Of a stretch of DNA of 64,000 nt, positions 40,205 to 59,345 are shown in pieces (the first letter of the stretch is position 1; every line of letters begins with the position of its first letter). The position numbers were made by a program, and so were the translations under genes. The notes under the pieces were generated by a model. The model was not told where the DNA came from. It made no database searches and was given only the letters and a program-made list of their open reading frames with translations. This stretch comes from the human T2T-CHM13v2.0 reference genome, Homo sapiens, in assembly GCF_009914755.1 (NCBI RefSeq), contig NC_060926.1; one strand, 5' to 3'.

Positions 40205-40675
40205 CCATTTCCTAGAAGCCACGTTAAAAAATGTAAAAGCATAAAACAGGTAAAATTAATTTTAATATTATATTTTGTTTAAGTCAGTATATAAAAAATA
40301 TTGTCACTTTAAAATATAATCAATATAAAAAATCATTGAGATATTTTGCCTTCTTTTTTTCATATTCATAAGCTTTCAAAAGACAGTGTGTATTTTACAC
40401 GTAAAGAATATCTAAATTCAGATGCTAAATTCTCATCAGAAACACCATATCAAGTTTTATATTTCATAAAGTTTACTTTGAAAAGCACTTCCAGATACCC
40501 AGACACCCAAGTTGTTTGAAACTTATGTAAAAGTTTTCCATAACTGAATGGAGAGTCAGTTTTCAAACTTAAATTTAAATACTAAAATTAAATAAAATTA
40601 AACATTCAATCCACATTGTAAGTGCTCAAGAGCCACAGAGAGCTAGAGGCTCCTGAATTGGACAATGTCGTCCTA
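40205..40675. mobile_element. hAT-Charlie DNA element (MER3/MER33/Charlie-related)
   Basis: agccacgttaaaaaa...aaacaggtaaaattaattttaata; aagtgctcaagagccac...attggaca. Confidence 0.7.
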
Positions 40676-40797
40676 GTCCATGCAATATTTATACAGTGAG
40701 TGATTGTGTCTTTCAAAGTGTTCCACCTTGCCTCAGCTGTCTGCTGGCCCATGTTAAGATACGGAACTTTCCATTCTGACCTCAAACAAAAGCAACT

Positions 40798-40905
40798 GAC
40801 TGGGTGTGGTGGCTGATGCCTGTAATCCCAGCAGTTTGGGAGGCTGAGGTGGGTGGATTGCTTGAGCTCAGGAGTTCAACATCAGCCTGGGCAACATGGT
40901 GAATC
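40798..40905 (+). mobile_element. Truncated Alu left arm
   Basis: Alu 5' 105 bp running into a purine tract. Confidence 0.85.
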
Positions 40906-40990
40906 AGGAAAGAAAGAAAAAGAAAGAAAGAAAGAAGGAAGGAAGGGAGGGAAAGAAAGAAAGAGAGAGAAAGAAAAAGAAAGAAAGAAA

Positions 40991-41026
<36 letters not shown>

Positions 41027-41184
41027 GAAAGAAAGAAAGAAAGACAAGGAAGGACGGAAGGGAAAGAAAGAAAGAGAGAGAAAGAAAGAAAGGAAAGAAA
41101 GAGAAAGAGAGAAACAGAGAGAAACAGAAAAAGAGAGAGAGAAAGAGGGAGGGAGGGAGAGAAGGAAGGAAGGAAGGAAGGAAA
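40906..41184. repeat. ~280-bp polypurine (GAAA/GA/GGAA) tract
   Basis: Almost exclusively A/G, with only a few C. Confidence 0.97.
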
Positions 41185-42035
41185 TAACCTTCCTAAGTTA
41201 CTCTCTAGAAGGAAGCCTCAGATTATCAAAGCATCCCCTCCCAATATTCCATGTGAATTTCTATTTGACAATAGCACTAGGCATGCTATTGTCTTTCTTT
41301 TTCGAGGATCAGTAAATTACGCTTCAAAAAATATTAATAACTGTGTGCAACTGAAGCTGTAGGTTAATGTGCAAACAAATTCATAGCATTTCATTTCAGA
41401 GGACACCAATAAAAAGGAGAGGAGAGTTTCCTGGGTCAGTCCTCTCCCCAAACTCCAAATGGGGTGCTTTGGAGAATGAAGCAGAAGAGCGCATGGCAAT
41501 GTTGCTCCCTGAGCTTGAGCTCACCACCTACTACCTACTCAGAGCTTCATGACAGGCCCCACACAGGGCAACACACAGGGCCACCTGCCTCCTCCTTCCC
41601 CAGCCTGGCTTAGTCAGAAAAGAGGAGGGCTTATTTCAGCTAAAGGAATTGAACCCCCTAATCAGGTCATTCTTTGTTCTGTGGCATAAATGCAAGACTT
41701 GCAAAACCCTTGGGAGGCTCTTCCTGGGAGGACCGCTCATGGTTGGTCCTTCCAGCTTGCAGAAGGAAATTCAGAGAAGCAGTTCAAGGGTGCCGCTTTA
41801 GGCATTGACACTGACTTGCAGTGAAACCCAGGGCAAGTCTTTATGGCCGAGTTTCTAAAGCAGAAATAATAAAGCCTTCCCTACTTACTCCGTGACTGCT
41901 GTGAAGACCCAAGGAGAATATGCATTCTGTGTAAAAATACCTGGAAAAGCACAGAGTATTTTACGCACCAAAAGTATCATTGTAAAAATCACATTGGCTG
42001 CAAATCTTCCAACATATGCCAGGAAAGACTTAAAA

Positions 42036-42564
42036 CAGGGATCCGCAGTCCCCAGGCCCTGGACCTATATCGGTCCCTGGCCTGTTAGGAACAGGGTCGC
42101 ATAGCTGGAGGTGAGCAGCGGGCAAGCAAGCGAAGCTACATCTGTATTTACAGCTGCTCCCCATCACTGACTTTACTGCCTGAGCTCTGCCTCTTGTCAG
42201 ATCAGCAGCAGAATTAGATTCTCACAGAAGTGTGAACCCTATTGTGAACTGCGCATGCGAGGGATCTAGGTTGCTTGCTCCTCGTGAGAATCTGATGCCT
42301 GATGATCTGTCTCTGTCTCCCATCACCTCCAGATGGGACCATCTAGTTGCAGAAAAACAAGCTCAAGGCTCCCACTGATTCTATATTATGGTGAGTTGTA
42401 TAATTATTTCATTATATATTGCAATGTAATAATAATAGAAATGAAGTGCACAATAAATGTTATGTGTTTGAATCCTCCTGAAACCATCTCCCCTCCCCAC
42501 CAGTTCATGGAAAAATTGTCTTCCATGTAACCGATCCTTGGGGCCAAAAAGTTGTGGACCACTA
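42036..42564 (+). mobile_element. MER1A (hAT-Charlie), apparently full length
   Basis: caggg...ggcctgttaggaac...gaaccctattgtgaactgcgcatgcgaggg...ggaccacta; 8-bp TSD acttaaaa. Confidence 0.9.
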
Positions 42565-42720
42565 ACTTAAAAGATACGTAAACTCTGTAGGCCTTCTCAG
42601 TTCATGTTGGGAGTACAAATCAGAAAATACAACTTTTTGGAGGAAAATTTGGCGTTATCTACCAATGTCAAATGTTCATGTCCCTAGACTCATAAATTCC
42701 ACGTCTAAGAGTAATCCGAG

Positions 42721-43114
<394 letters not shown>

Positions 43115-43254
43115 TCAGTGTGATTTGAAATAGCAAGAATTGAATCCTGCCTGAAATTTTAACAGTGAGAGGTAATAAATAGACTGTGCAGCCGCTACAG
43201 AATAAAGGAGATTTATGTGTATCTATGTGCAAATGAAGCCATACATTTCACTAG

Positions 43255-43449
<195 letters not shown>

Positions 43450-43904
43450 TAAAATAGTATCAATATGTTATTCTTATCGCAATAAAACCATGGAAAGATA
43501 TCAGTAAGTAACCTCTAGAAAGTTGGACCTAGGTGGACCTTATACTTTCTACTTTATGTTTCCATATTGTTTAAATGTTTGCATTGAGCGTATGTCACTT
43601 TTTAATTAGCAAGAGCAGTAAAAATATTTCCATCTTTAAAAACAGTGAAAGTTAAATAATTTTGCCAAAAATGTACTAGGCAATGGGAATTTGAAATTTT
43701 TAAATATGATCCATTTCTTTGAGGAACTCACAAAATAGCCAGGCATATTTAAAAGGAAAACGCTTCTCCCTTTCTTCTGAATAATTATCTCAGTCTTCCA
43801 AATCACTTTGTAAATTGTATTTTAAAATTACTATATGAGAACTTCCACTGTTTTTAAAGTTCTCTGTAGCTTTGAAGTCTCAAGATACTCTTTACTTCAC
43901 TTTT

Positions 43905-44210
43905 TCCTTTGTTCATTCAAGAAATATTTACAATTCACCCCACAGCCAAGGTATTGTACTGTGTGCTAAGGTGGAACAAGAGGATTTCTTATTCTGATTA
44001 TGGGAAGTTTGCAGTCTGATGGGATACACAAGAGGTTCATATAAATAATAACACAAGGGAGACCGGATGATAAATGCCGGAGGAGATGGACCAAATGGAG
44101 TGTCCTCTGTTTTAAAGAGCGTGCCCTGGGGATCGCAACAAGCAGGATGGCCAAGGCTTTGTGAAAGGGCACTTGACCTGCATTGTGAAGGAGTGTTGGG
44201 ATTTGGGAAA
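43905..44210 (-). mobile_element. L2 3' end
   Basis: gttcattcaagaaatattta...gccaaggtattgtactgtgtgct. Confidence 0.6.
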
Positions 44211-44292
44211 GTCAGTATTACTTGCCAAATTTAGCAATTAACTGAGAAACGTGTAGTAGCTGGGGCAAGTGCTGAAGCTTACCACTCTTGGT

Positions 44293-44635
44293 TTTTTGTT
44301 GTTGTTGTTGTTTTGGGTTTGTTTTTTGTTTGTTTTTTGTTTGTTTGTTTTTTGATACAGGCCTCACTCTGCCTTAGAGGTCAGAGTGCAGTGGGGGTGA
44401 TCTCTGCTCACTGCAACCTCTGCATCCTGAGCTCAAAGACATCTCACTTCAGCAACTCCAGTAGCTGGGACCGCAGGTGTGCCAGGATGCCCAGCTCATT
44501 TTAAAAATTTTTTGTAGAGACAGGGTTTTCCCATGTTGTCCGGGCTGGTCTGGTAAAACTCCTGGCCTCAAGCAATTCACCCACCTTGGCCTCCCAAAGT
44601 GCTGAGATTACAGGCGTGAGCCACCGCGCCCAGCT
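44293..44635 (-). mobile_element. AluJ (degenerate) with (TTG/TTTG) tail
   Basis: Antisense dimer. Confidence 0.85.
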
Positions 44636-46387
44636 ACCACTCATGTTTTTAATTCCAGTGACCAAACCAGCTCTCTGCCACACCGCCACCCCTTTGTGTT
44701 AACCAAAAGGTGAGCCCTTACATGCACTTGGTGGTCCTGGTGGCATGGCCCAGTGCTGGGCCTTGGGAGCTCATGGCTGAGGGTTTGCCGTGCTGGTCCA
44801 GGCTTACCACCCCTCCCCGCCAAAACAAGCTCTTGGATAGATTTTTCTGGTCATTGGAAATCTCTCGGCAGACCTGATCTCCAAACTGAGTAAAAGTCAC
44901 ATGTGTGTGCAAACCACGCCCCATCTGCACATCGGGAGGCAGCTCATGCTCACAGGGCCCTGACATACAGCCAGTGTGACCTTTGTGTGCCGAACCACAG
45001 CATGCCTGGCTCGATGGAACCACGCCCTTGAGAAAAGGCTCCTCTCTGAAATAGCAGTTCCAAACTATTTCCTCCCAAATCCTGATTTCAACATTCTAGA
45101 ACGTCCCTCCATAAAGACGTTCACTTTCCCCTATTTTTCTTTGTTCTCATGACAGTTTAAGGAACGCTTGTGTGAAGGTCACCGCTTCCTCTTGTAGTCG
45201 TGCTGCATCCTGGTAAACAAGAGGATCTAGTCACAAGGCTGGCAGCTTGGATTGGGGAAAACATCATTCTAGCAATTATTTTGGGAACCACCATGACTGT
45301 GAGCAGCAGATGCTCACAGACACACTTAGCCAGGATTTATTAAGCAGTTAATATGTACCAGGCATAGGAGATGCAAAAATGAATGGCCTGATCCTTCACC
45401 TCTAGGAGTCTGCCGTCTGATAGAGGAGACACTGTTGCAAATCATATTAATAGCTACCATTATTTGGGACACCTCTGGGTCAGGCATTATGCCAGTATGA
45501 TTTCAGTCATACTCTCTCTAACCCTGCCAGATAGGTTTGGTGAGTCTCTTTCCATATGGGCAGAAGCAGAGGCCCAGGGAAGTCAAGCCTGGAGGAACAC
45601 AGAGAAGGTGCTCATAGCCCAGGACGGCCCAGGTTAAAGGCTGGGCTGGATCTGTCCCACATACGAGCTGGAAGTTCATGCAAGGCCTGCTGTGAGTAGC
45701 ACGCAGTGTGCAGAAGCTGGGAGTGCTAGTAAGGCAGAAAAGGCTGTAAGAGGCATGAGACAGGTAGGCAACAGCCCCAAGGTTGAGAAGCTTGCAGGAA
45801 CTGCGGCTTCATGCAGATGGCGGCACCTCTGGCCAAGAAACACAGCAGGGCTTTGCTTCCAGAGCAGAGATGGCCTGAGCTCCGACTTCTTTTGTCCAGC
45901 CTGGCTTCCCCCGGTAGCCAGTGGCACCTCGGTCAGCCATCTTCAAGCTCAAAGAGGACAAACGCAAGAGCGACGCAGAAGCACGGCTTATTTACTTTCC
46001 TGGAAGGGTGATGCTCCCCTGGGAGGGACTTGGCAGAATCACTTCACATAGAGCACAGCCACTGTGTGTCTGCCACAGATCAAATGCTCCAGCGGGAAGG
46101 AGTGGGCCCACGGGCTGGTCAAACTTACCCAGTCCACGAGGTTTATTTACCTTTCCTTCCAATTCCTGAAAACTCTGCACGTAGTGGCCAAACTTGATCT
46201 GACGTTGGGCAAAACACATTACCTGTTGATGCCTGTTTACTCATCTGTAGGAAATGCGAGGTCCGGCTTGATGATTTCCAAGGCCTCTCCCTGCTCTAAA
46301 CATCCACAAGCCTAAGCCAGCATCTGGAGAAGCAAGATTAATTCCCACACTCCACCTCTATTTGATGGGCTATTTTTACTGCAATAA

Positions 46388-46684
<297 letters not shown>

Positions 46685-46784
46685 TACAATAATCAACTTC
46701 TACAGATGGAAAAAAGTTATTCTACACCATAAACCTGTCGACAGAATATGGTAATGTGAATCCTGAAGATTTTTCAAGTATTTG

Positions 46785-46970
46785 GTGTCAGAGGATCCAT
46801 GTTTTAATCTAGGTGCCATCACCTATTGGCTACTGAGCTTTAGATGCACTGTGCCCATACCTGTTCCTCCATCTGTCAACTGTAGGAAAGCATCTTACCA
46901 TGCAGAGTTATTGGAAGGACCTCCTAAGACGATAGATACAAAAGAGGTTTTTGGAAAATATGTTAGGAAT
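46785..46970 (+). mobile_element. MIR
   Basis: ttttaatctaggtgccatcacctatt...ttcctccatctgtcaa...cagagttattggaagga. Confidence 0.6.
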
Positions 46971-47832
46971 ATCATTTCCAGTATTAAATTCTGGATGGGC
47001 CAAAATTTGGTAAGTATGTAAAAGACAAAAGGAAAGGAATTATGGGTGAACACAGAACAATTATAGATCAGGACCCATCAGTAAAGTGAGGGAAAGCGCT
47101 TGCTGACAAAATAAGAATAATGGTGATTCACTTGAGAAGAAGGGAGGAAGCTACGGTGAGCAGTACTGAGGACTTTAGCAGTCCAGGTAGATTTCCCTTA
47201 AGCAGGTTCTTCCTTAGGTAAATGTATCGTTCCCTACTGGAAACCAAGCACCAAGGTCAGAGAGTCCTGGAGTTCCTGTTGCTTCTCAGATTGCTCACTT
47301 TGGGATCATCTGGCTGCGCCAACTATGGCATTTAAGTTTGAGGAAACAGGCCAGGGAAGGTGAGATGACTTACCTGAGGTCAAAGGAATAGAAGCATACT
47401 CAAAGGGCCTCGGGAGAATTCCATCAGACGATGAGGGAGTATGGTCTGAGCCAGAGCAGGGGCTGTGCAGAGGGCAGATTTCGCCTGATTCTAAAGGGGC
47501 TGTACTCAATCCCACTAGAAAAGGATTTTTTCCTCAAATATTAGGATTACCAGGCAAACTCTTCTTGTGTGAGAAGCAGGCTGGACCAAACAGGAAATAT
47601 ATCTTAAGCTGTGTCAAGCTGGGTTCAATGATGAAAATGTGAGTTTCTACAGACATACTTCAGAGACATTGCAGGTTTGTTTCCAGACCACTGCAGTAAA
47701 GCAAGTCACACCAATGTTTTGGTTTCCCATTGCATATAAAATTTATGTTTACACTCTACTGTGCTCTATTAAATGTGCAATAGCATTATGTCTAAAAAAA
47801 CTACATACCCTAGTTAAAAATACTTTATTGTG

Positions 47833-48143
47833 GGCCAGGTGTGGGTAGCTCATGCCTGTAATCTCAGCACTTTGGGAGGCTGAGGTGGGTGGATTTCTTG
47901 AAGCCAGGAGTTTGAGATGAGGTCGGCCAACATGGCAAAACCTCATCTCTACTAAAAATACAAAAATTAGCCAGGTGTGGTGGTGGCGCACGCCCATAAT
48001 CCCAGCTGCTCAGGAGGCTGATGGACGAGAATCATTTGAACTCTGCAGATGGAGGTTGCAGTGAGCTGAGATCATGCCGCTGCACTCCAACCTGGGCAAC
48101 AGAGTGAGACTCTGTCTCAATCAATCAATAAATAAAAATAAAA
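47833..48143 (+). mobile_element. AluS in Tigger1
   Basis: TSD aaaatactttattg. Confidence 0.93.
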
Positions 48144-49037
48144 ATACTTTATTGCTAAACAATGCTAATGATCATCTGAGCCTTCAGCAAATAGTCATCT
48201 TTTTGCTGGTAAAGGGTCTTGCCTAGATCTTGATGGCTGCTGGGTGGCTGCTGACTGATCAGGGTGGTGGTTGCTAAAAATTGGGGTGGCTGTAGCAATT
48301 TCTTAAAATAAAACAACGAAGTTTGCCTCATTGATTGACTCTCTTTTTCATGAAAGATGTTTTTCTGTAGTATGTGGTGCTGTATTACAACATTTTACCC
48401 ACAGCAGAACTTCCTTCGAAATTGGAGTCAATCCTCTCAAACTCTGTTGCTGCTTTATCAATTAAGTTTATGGAATATTTTAAATCCCTTGTTGTCATTT
48501 CAACAGTGTTCACACAGTCTTCACCAGGAGTAATTTCCATCTCAAGAAACCACTTTCTATGCATATCAATAAGAAGCAACTCTTCATCTTTCAAATTTCA
48601 TCATGAGATTGCAGCAATTCAGTCACTTCTTCAGGCTCCACTTCTAATTCTAGTGCTCTTGCTATTTTTCCACCACATCTGCAGTGACTTTCTTCACTGA
48701 AGTCTTGAACCCCTCAAAGTCATCCACGAGGGTTGGAATCAACTTCTTACAAACACCTGTTTATGTTGATATTTTGACCTCCCCCCAAGAATCATGAATG
48801 TTCTTAAAGGCATCTAGAATGGTGAATGCTCTCCAGAAGGTTTTCAACTTACTTTGCCCAGATCTATTACTATCCGTGGCAGCTACAGCTTTACAAAATG
48901 CATTTCTTAAATAATAAGACTTGAAAGCTGAAATCGCTCCTTGATCCATGGGCTGCAGACATGGAAACAACATTAATCTTCTTGCACATCTCCATCAGAA
49001 CTCTTGGGTGACCAGCTACATTGTCAATGAGCAGTAA

Positions 49038-49330
<293 letters not shown>

Positions 49331-50137
49331 AAGGAATTTTTTTTTCTGACCAGTAGGTCTCAACAGTGGGTTTCAAATATTCAGTAAACCATGCTGTAAA
49401 CACAGGTGCTGTCATCCAGACTTTGCTGTTCCATTTTCAGAGTGTAGGCAGAGGAGACTTAGCATGATTCTTAGGTGTCCTACAATTTTCAAAATGGAAA
49501 TGAGCATTGGCTTCAACTTAGAGTCACCAGCTGCATTAGCTCATAACAAATCAGCCTCTCCTTTGAAGCTTTGAAGCCAAGCATTGACTTCTCTCTGGCT
49601 GTGAAAGTCCTGCATGGCATCTTCTTCCAAAAGAAGGCTATTGCATCTACATTAAAAATCTGTGTGGCCACCTTCATCAATGATCTTAGCTAGATCGTCT
49701 GGATAGCTTGCTGCAGCTTCTGCATCAGCACTTGCTGCTTTACCTTGCATTTTTTTGCTATGGAGACAGCTTCTTTCCTTAAACCTCAAGAACCAACATC
49801 TGTTAGCTTTCAACTGTTCTTCTGCAGCTTTCTCACTTCTCTTAGACTTCACAGAATTGAAGAGTCAGGGCCTTGCTCTGGATTAGACTTTGGCTTAAGA
49901 GAATGTTGTGGCTGGTTTGATCTTCCATCCAGACCACTAAAATTTTCTCCACATCAGCAATAAGTCTGTTTCTTTTTCTTATCATTCATGTATTCATGGA
50001 GTAGCACTTTTAATTTCCTTCAAGAAGTTTTCCTGTGCATCCATAAATTGGCTATTTGGTGCAAGAGGCCTAGCTTTCTTCCTGTTTTGGCTTTTGACAT
50101 GCCTTCTTTACAAAGCTTAACCATTTCTAGCTTTTGA

Positions 50138-50478
<341 letters not shown>

Positions 50479-50507
50479 TCATTTGAACACTTAGAGGCCA
50501 CTGTGAG

Positions 50508-50859
<352 letters not shown>

Positions 50860-51076
50860 TCAAGGAAAAGGGAGGTCCAAGAAGTGGCAGAGAGACGGGG
50901 AAATGGCTGGTCAGTGGGGTGGTCAGAATACATGCAACATTTAACTTTTGTTTGCCTTTTTATATAGGCGTGGTTTGTGTTCCTCCAAAACAATTATAAT
51001 AGTAACATCAAAGATGACTGAGCACAGATCACCCTAACAGATATAGTAATAATAAATGTTTAAAATATTGTGATCA

Positions 51077-51515
<439 letters not shown>

Positions 51516-51649
51516 CTACCTCTCTATAGCAGTAGTAGGGTCCTCATATAACTGTACTCTAGGTGGCTTCCCTGGGCATAGAATGTGCAAACCAGCCACT
51601 AACAATTGCTTTGTTGGTGTCATCCCCAGTACAGTGGTGGAAAATATGA

Positions 51650-51870
51650 TTATTGTTACATTATTATGGGTATTATATACTCAGGGACTTTCATGTGTTC
51701 CATGCTATGCTATTATCTCTATGAACTCCAACCTGCACAATGACCCAGTCATGTAGGTATTGGCAGTAAATCTGCTGAGGCTCAGAAAAGTTCGGAAATT
51801 TGCCTGAGGTCACATAGCTGGTGAACAACTGAACCAAGGTTTAAACTGTTATGCCTGGTTCCAAAGCCCT
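51650..51870 (-). mobile_element. MIR
   Basis: ctgaggctcagaaaagttcggaaatttgcctgaggtcacatagctgg. Confidence 0.75.
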
Positions 51871-52376
51871 GCCAATGTTCCTCCCACTTCTTCATATTGC
51901 CACAGGGACAGCAGAGAAGCAACTGCAATAGCCAAAACCCCAGAGAGTTCCTGTATCAAAATCACCAAACCAATTGAAAGGTTAAGTGTAAAGTCAGTAA
52001 TCAAAAGTCATTATTTCTGCAATGTACTACCTAACCACTGTTCTATTTAGTTGAAGCTGCCACTTACTAAGTTTGGTATAGAGAGCAATTGTGCCAAGGT
52101 AGAAGCAGTCCCATTAATGTAGGATCTCAGAGTAATGAGAACCCATGTTCGTGGAGCATAGAGCATGCCACAGGAAAATGTTTATTCTCAGGTAGCATGA
52201 GCTGAGTCAGTTCAACAAGCATGCCTGGAGCACCAACACATACTAAATTCTGGGTACACTACCTGGGAATGAGTGGTTTCTCCAGGAAGACCTAGAGGTG
52301 ACATGTAAAAAGACAGTATCATTATATCAGACTAGTGCTTGTTAAGTGTCTCAGTACTCTTTTCAAAGATAATCTT

Positions 52377-52682
<306 letters not shown>

Positions 52683-52741
52683 TTATTAGCTGACAATAAT
52701 TTCATCCAGCTGGATCACTTAGAGAAATGACTTAAGCCCTA

Positions 52742-53043
52742 TTTTTTTTTTCTTTTTTTGAGACAGAGTGTCACTCTGCTGCCCAGGCTAGAGTGCAATG
52801 GCACGATCTCGACTCACCGCAATCTCTGCCTCCTGGGTTCAAGTGATTCTCCTGCTTTAGCCTTCTGAGTAGCTGGGATTACTGGCACCTGCCACCACAC
52901 CCAGCTAATTTTTGTATTTTTAGTAGAGATGGGGTGTCACCATGTTGGCCAGGTTGGTCTCAAAACTCCCGAACTGAAGTGATCCGCCCACCTCGGCCTC
53001 CCAAAGTGCTGGGATTACAGGAGTGAGGCACTGCACCTAGCCA
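52742..53043 (-). mobile_element. AluS
   Basis: Antisense dimer; TSD aagcc(c/t)tatttt. Confidence 0.93.
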
Positions 53044-53435
53044 AGAAGCCTTATTTTCATAACATTATTTAAAGGTCTAGAAGTAAAGACTTAACAGAAT
53101 TCAAGTGACAAATTTGGAGACATGAATTAGTGCCTTGTGCAAAATGAAGGCGAGCATAGTGGCCTAAGACAGAGTAATGAGAACAGAGTCTCTATGTTGC
53201 TGCTATGGGGATGGCCAGAGGTACAGGCCTCAAGACGGCAGCTACTTGCACATCTTGCTGCCTCCAATGGCATATGCATTATTCCTTCACAAATGCCAGG
53301 AAGCAGGGAAGAGTGGGGAGCCCTCAGAGAGGTGGCAGGCAAGCCAAGCTGGAAAGAGATGAGTGAGGAAGGCCTATAAAGTAATACTGAGTCTTAGGGG
53401 TCACTGACTCTATTTCAGGAACCTTTAAAAAATAT

Positions 53436-54228
<793 letters not shown>

Positions 54229-54378
54229 ATATCCATTAGTAAGAATAATAAAACTAGCATTTATTAAATATCTACTAACAGCCAGACTGTAGCAATGTCT
54301 ACAGACACTATTTTTATTCTTTATCAACTAATCTATGACCTAGGTTTTAGTGTCTGACGTTTAGACAAGAAAAAAGCA

Positions 54379-54754
<376 letters not shown>

Positions 54755-55249
54755 CTAATTCTAGAACCGAGGCATTTCCCACTGTCTCGTTCAAACCTCC
54801 CCTCTTCAAGCCAAGCAACATTTACTGAACCTTCATGCTGAAGAGTCAGAAAGCATTGGCAAGGAATTCAAGGAAGCAAAAAGCATACTTCTGGACACCA
54901 GCAAGCTTAAAATCTGCAAGAGAAGACAGATTCACCTAAGAAGATAACTAACACTACTACCAAACAATAAAGCGATCATTAAACACATGAAAAGGGGGCC
55001 CCACGGCACACAGGTGGGGAGTGTTACCCTAGTTAGAGAAGCAGTGTGTAGGTTGCCCCTGAGGTGGTGCTGAAGAATGAGTAGACATTAGACAGGAACA
55101 GAGGTGGGGTCACATATGTTCTAGCAGAAAAACTTCACACACAGTGAACTTCTCCACTCCAAAGACAGCAACAACTAATATCTCGATACTTTTGAAGCTT
55201 GTGGGAGACACAGGAAGAGCATTTTGAGGACATTTGGAAAGACTTGCTC

Positions 55250-56121
<872 letters not shown>

Positions 56122-56457
56122 CCCTTGTTTATTTTCTTAAAATCCTGATGACTCTACCATAGACATCAAGTGACCTGGAGCTGAGGCCCATTCCCTGGTA
56201 GAATCATCATACAGATGAGAGCCTTCGTGTTCAAACCTACCACACAAACCAAGAAAATATCAATAATTTATATGACCTTGTTGTATTTATCAAGAGTTTT
56301 GATGAACTTGGTAGTTAAAATGTGAAGGCAGTACCTTGGTGGTAACTACAACAACATTCTTTCTAAGCAATGTTACAGAAACAATTTCCCCTATACACAC
56401 ACAAGGATGTCTCACTCACCCATTTATGAACCCATGGTGTTAAAAATAAAAGAGGTG

Positions 56458-56775
56458 GGCCAGGCATGGTGGCTCACGCCTGTAACCCCAGCACTTTGGG
56501 AGGCCAGGGTGAGCAGATCACTTGAGGTCAGGAGTTCGAGACCAGCCTGACCAAACATGGCGAAACCCCATCACTACTAAAAATACAAAAATTAGCTGAG
56601 TGTGACGGTGCACACCTGTAATCCCAGCTACTTAGGAGGCTGAGGCAGGGAGAATCACTTGAACCCATGAGGTGGAGGTTGCAGTGAGCCGAGATCATGC
56701 CATTGCACTCCAGCCTGGGCAACAGAGTAAGACTCTGTCTCACAAAAAAAATAAAAATAAAAAAATAAAATAAAA
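56458..56775 (+). mobile_element. AluS
   Basis: Dimer; TSD aaaataaaagaggt. Confidence 0.94.
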
Positions 56776-57763
56776 GAGGTAAAAGATGAAATTTACATTT
56801 CTTTCTTCTTCCTCCATTTGCAACAAACTAAGAGTCAAAGACATTAAGAAACTAGTAACAAGGAGAAATTTGGCCCGGAATCAGTCCTCTTTCCATATGC
56901 CACTTCAGTCTTTCTCTCCATCCCCCCAGCTCGAGCCCAGTCGGTGCTCTACAGATTGCGAATGCCCCGTAAGTGCTGAAGATTGACCGCCTCTGTGATG
57001 TGGCGGCCATCCATCCTTCAGTCACTCACATCCAAGGTGACTTTTCTTGTCATCCAACATCCATGTTTGAAGACCTTTCTCATTACCAGAACTTCTGATC
57101 CACTTAGGAAGGCCTCTAGAGGCATATATAGTTAAATATGGTAGATGGAATTAAGTGTTTACCTCCATTCCCTCCAAAACCTTCACTCAAATAACAGATA
57201 TGAGACTTAAAAGAATGAAAAAAAGGACACAGAGCAAGATGGAAAATGACAGCAATGACATTTGGGAGCCTAGAAATCATGAGTTTGTGCTAATGGATTT
57301 AGCACCCTTGAGAAAGCCAAAATCTAAACTGGCAGAGGAAGAAATTCAGAAGTAGGCTGGTTTGTACAGCAGAAAGTCAGAAAGACCCAAGAACTAGAGG
57401 TACTAGGTGACTTTAAAAGTAGGGGTCCGAGTGAGACTAAAAATAAGTATATTGGTTAAAAGTCACTCTCAGAATCCGTTACACCTGAATTTCCCCTCTG
57501 TGTTTAAGCAACCAGGCAACTGCCCCAGCCCACACTGGGAAGAAGACCCCAGGTTCACTCTCTGGAGAGGCAGGGCCAGAGGGATTCCGGCCCCGCAGGA
57601 ACAGTAGGAAATGGTGTTCCCATACTGAAAACGGGATTAAGGATGACACTTGAGAGAGTGACAGCTCTCATCCCTTCTTCAATCTGACTCCAAGAACACA
57701 GGCAGCCAGGCTCATATCTCCCAGGAAGAGACAGGGAACTTCCTCCCTTGTAGAAATAACCTG

Positions 57764-57885
57764 ACTTTCAGCCTCCAGAGCTTCGAGAAAGTGGACTACT
57801 GTTGTTTAAGCACCTCCGAGCTGTGGTACCTTGTTATAGCAGCCCTGAAAGACTGACACAACCATCGTCCTTAAGAAGAACAGGA
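57764..57885 (+). repeat. Inverted copy of 32466-32591 (MLT1 3' end plus flank)
   Basis: Shared perfect blocks cagcctccagagcttcgagaaagtgga, tagcagccctgaaagactgacacaacc, tccttaagaagaaca. Confidence 0.9.
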
Positions 57886-58534
<649 letters not shown>

Positions 58535-59040
58535 AGAGAAATAACCTGCCTGAGAGAAAACACCTACCATTTACATTTGGGGATTTCCCAGTGAAACAGC
58601 CTAGCCAGAGAACTGTAAATGAAGTGCACCAACCAATAAGCCTCACCTACCCTCACAGAATTTCCACTCTTAATGACAAATGGATAGCCAAGGATCATCA
58701 GACATTTGAGAAATGCTTCTAACATGAACCACAAAGATGAAAGTAAAAGGAAGTTGGTGAGGGGGAGAGAAATAGGCAAAGGGCAAAAACAAACGAACAA
58801 ACAAAAAAACCAACAGAGTTAACATCCTTACAGAGCTAAGGATAGATACTGCACCCAAGAGACAAGAACAAGAGGTTATAGACAAAATTTTTGACAAGAG
58901 GGCTCTTAGGAATTAAAAATGTGAGAGCAGATATGTAGAAGTCAATAAAATGGTTAGAAAATAACATTAGGAAATATCACAGACATGGAACAATAACCAA
59001 GAAAAAAGGATGAAACAAGATTTTTAAAATATTAGCAAAT

Positions 59041-59345
59041 GGCCGGGTGTGGTGGCTAATGCCTGTAATTCTAGCACTTTGGGAGGCCAAGGTGGGCAGA
59101 TTGCTTGAACTCAGGTGTTCAAGACCAGCCTGGGCAACATGGCAAAACCCCATCTCTACTAAAAATACAAAAATTAGCCTGGCGTGGTGGCACATGCCCA
59201 TCTTCCCAACTACTCAGGAGGCTGAGGCCAGAGGATCACTTAAGCTCAGGAGGCAGAAGTTGCAGTGAGGCAAGATTGCATCACTGCACTCCAGCCTGGT
59301 GACAGAGTGATCCTGTTTCAAGAAAATAAAAAAATAATAAATAAA
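59041..59345 (+). mobile_element. Alu (J/S)
   Basis: Full dimer. Confidence 0.92.

Noticed and set aside
40853-41362. 169-aa and 139-aa K/E/R-rich ORFs
   Set aside because: Translations of a polypurine microsatellite that lacks stop codons.
42248-42261. NRF1-like TGCGCATGCG motif
   Set aside because: Part of the MER1A element itself, isolated, with no promoter context.
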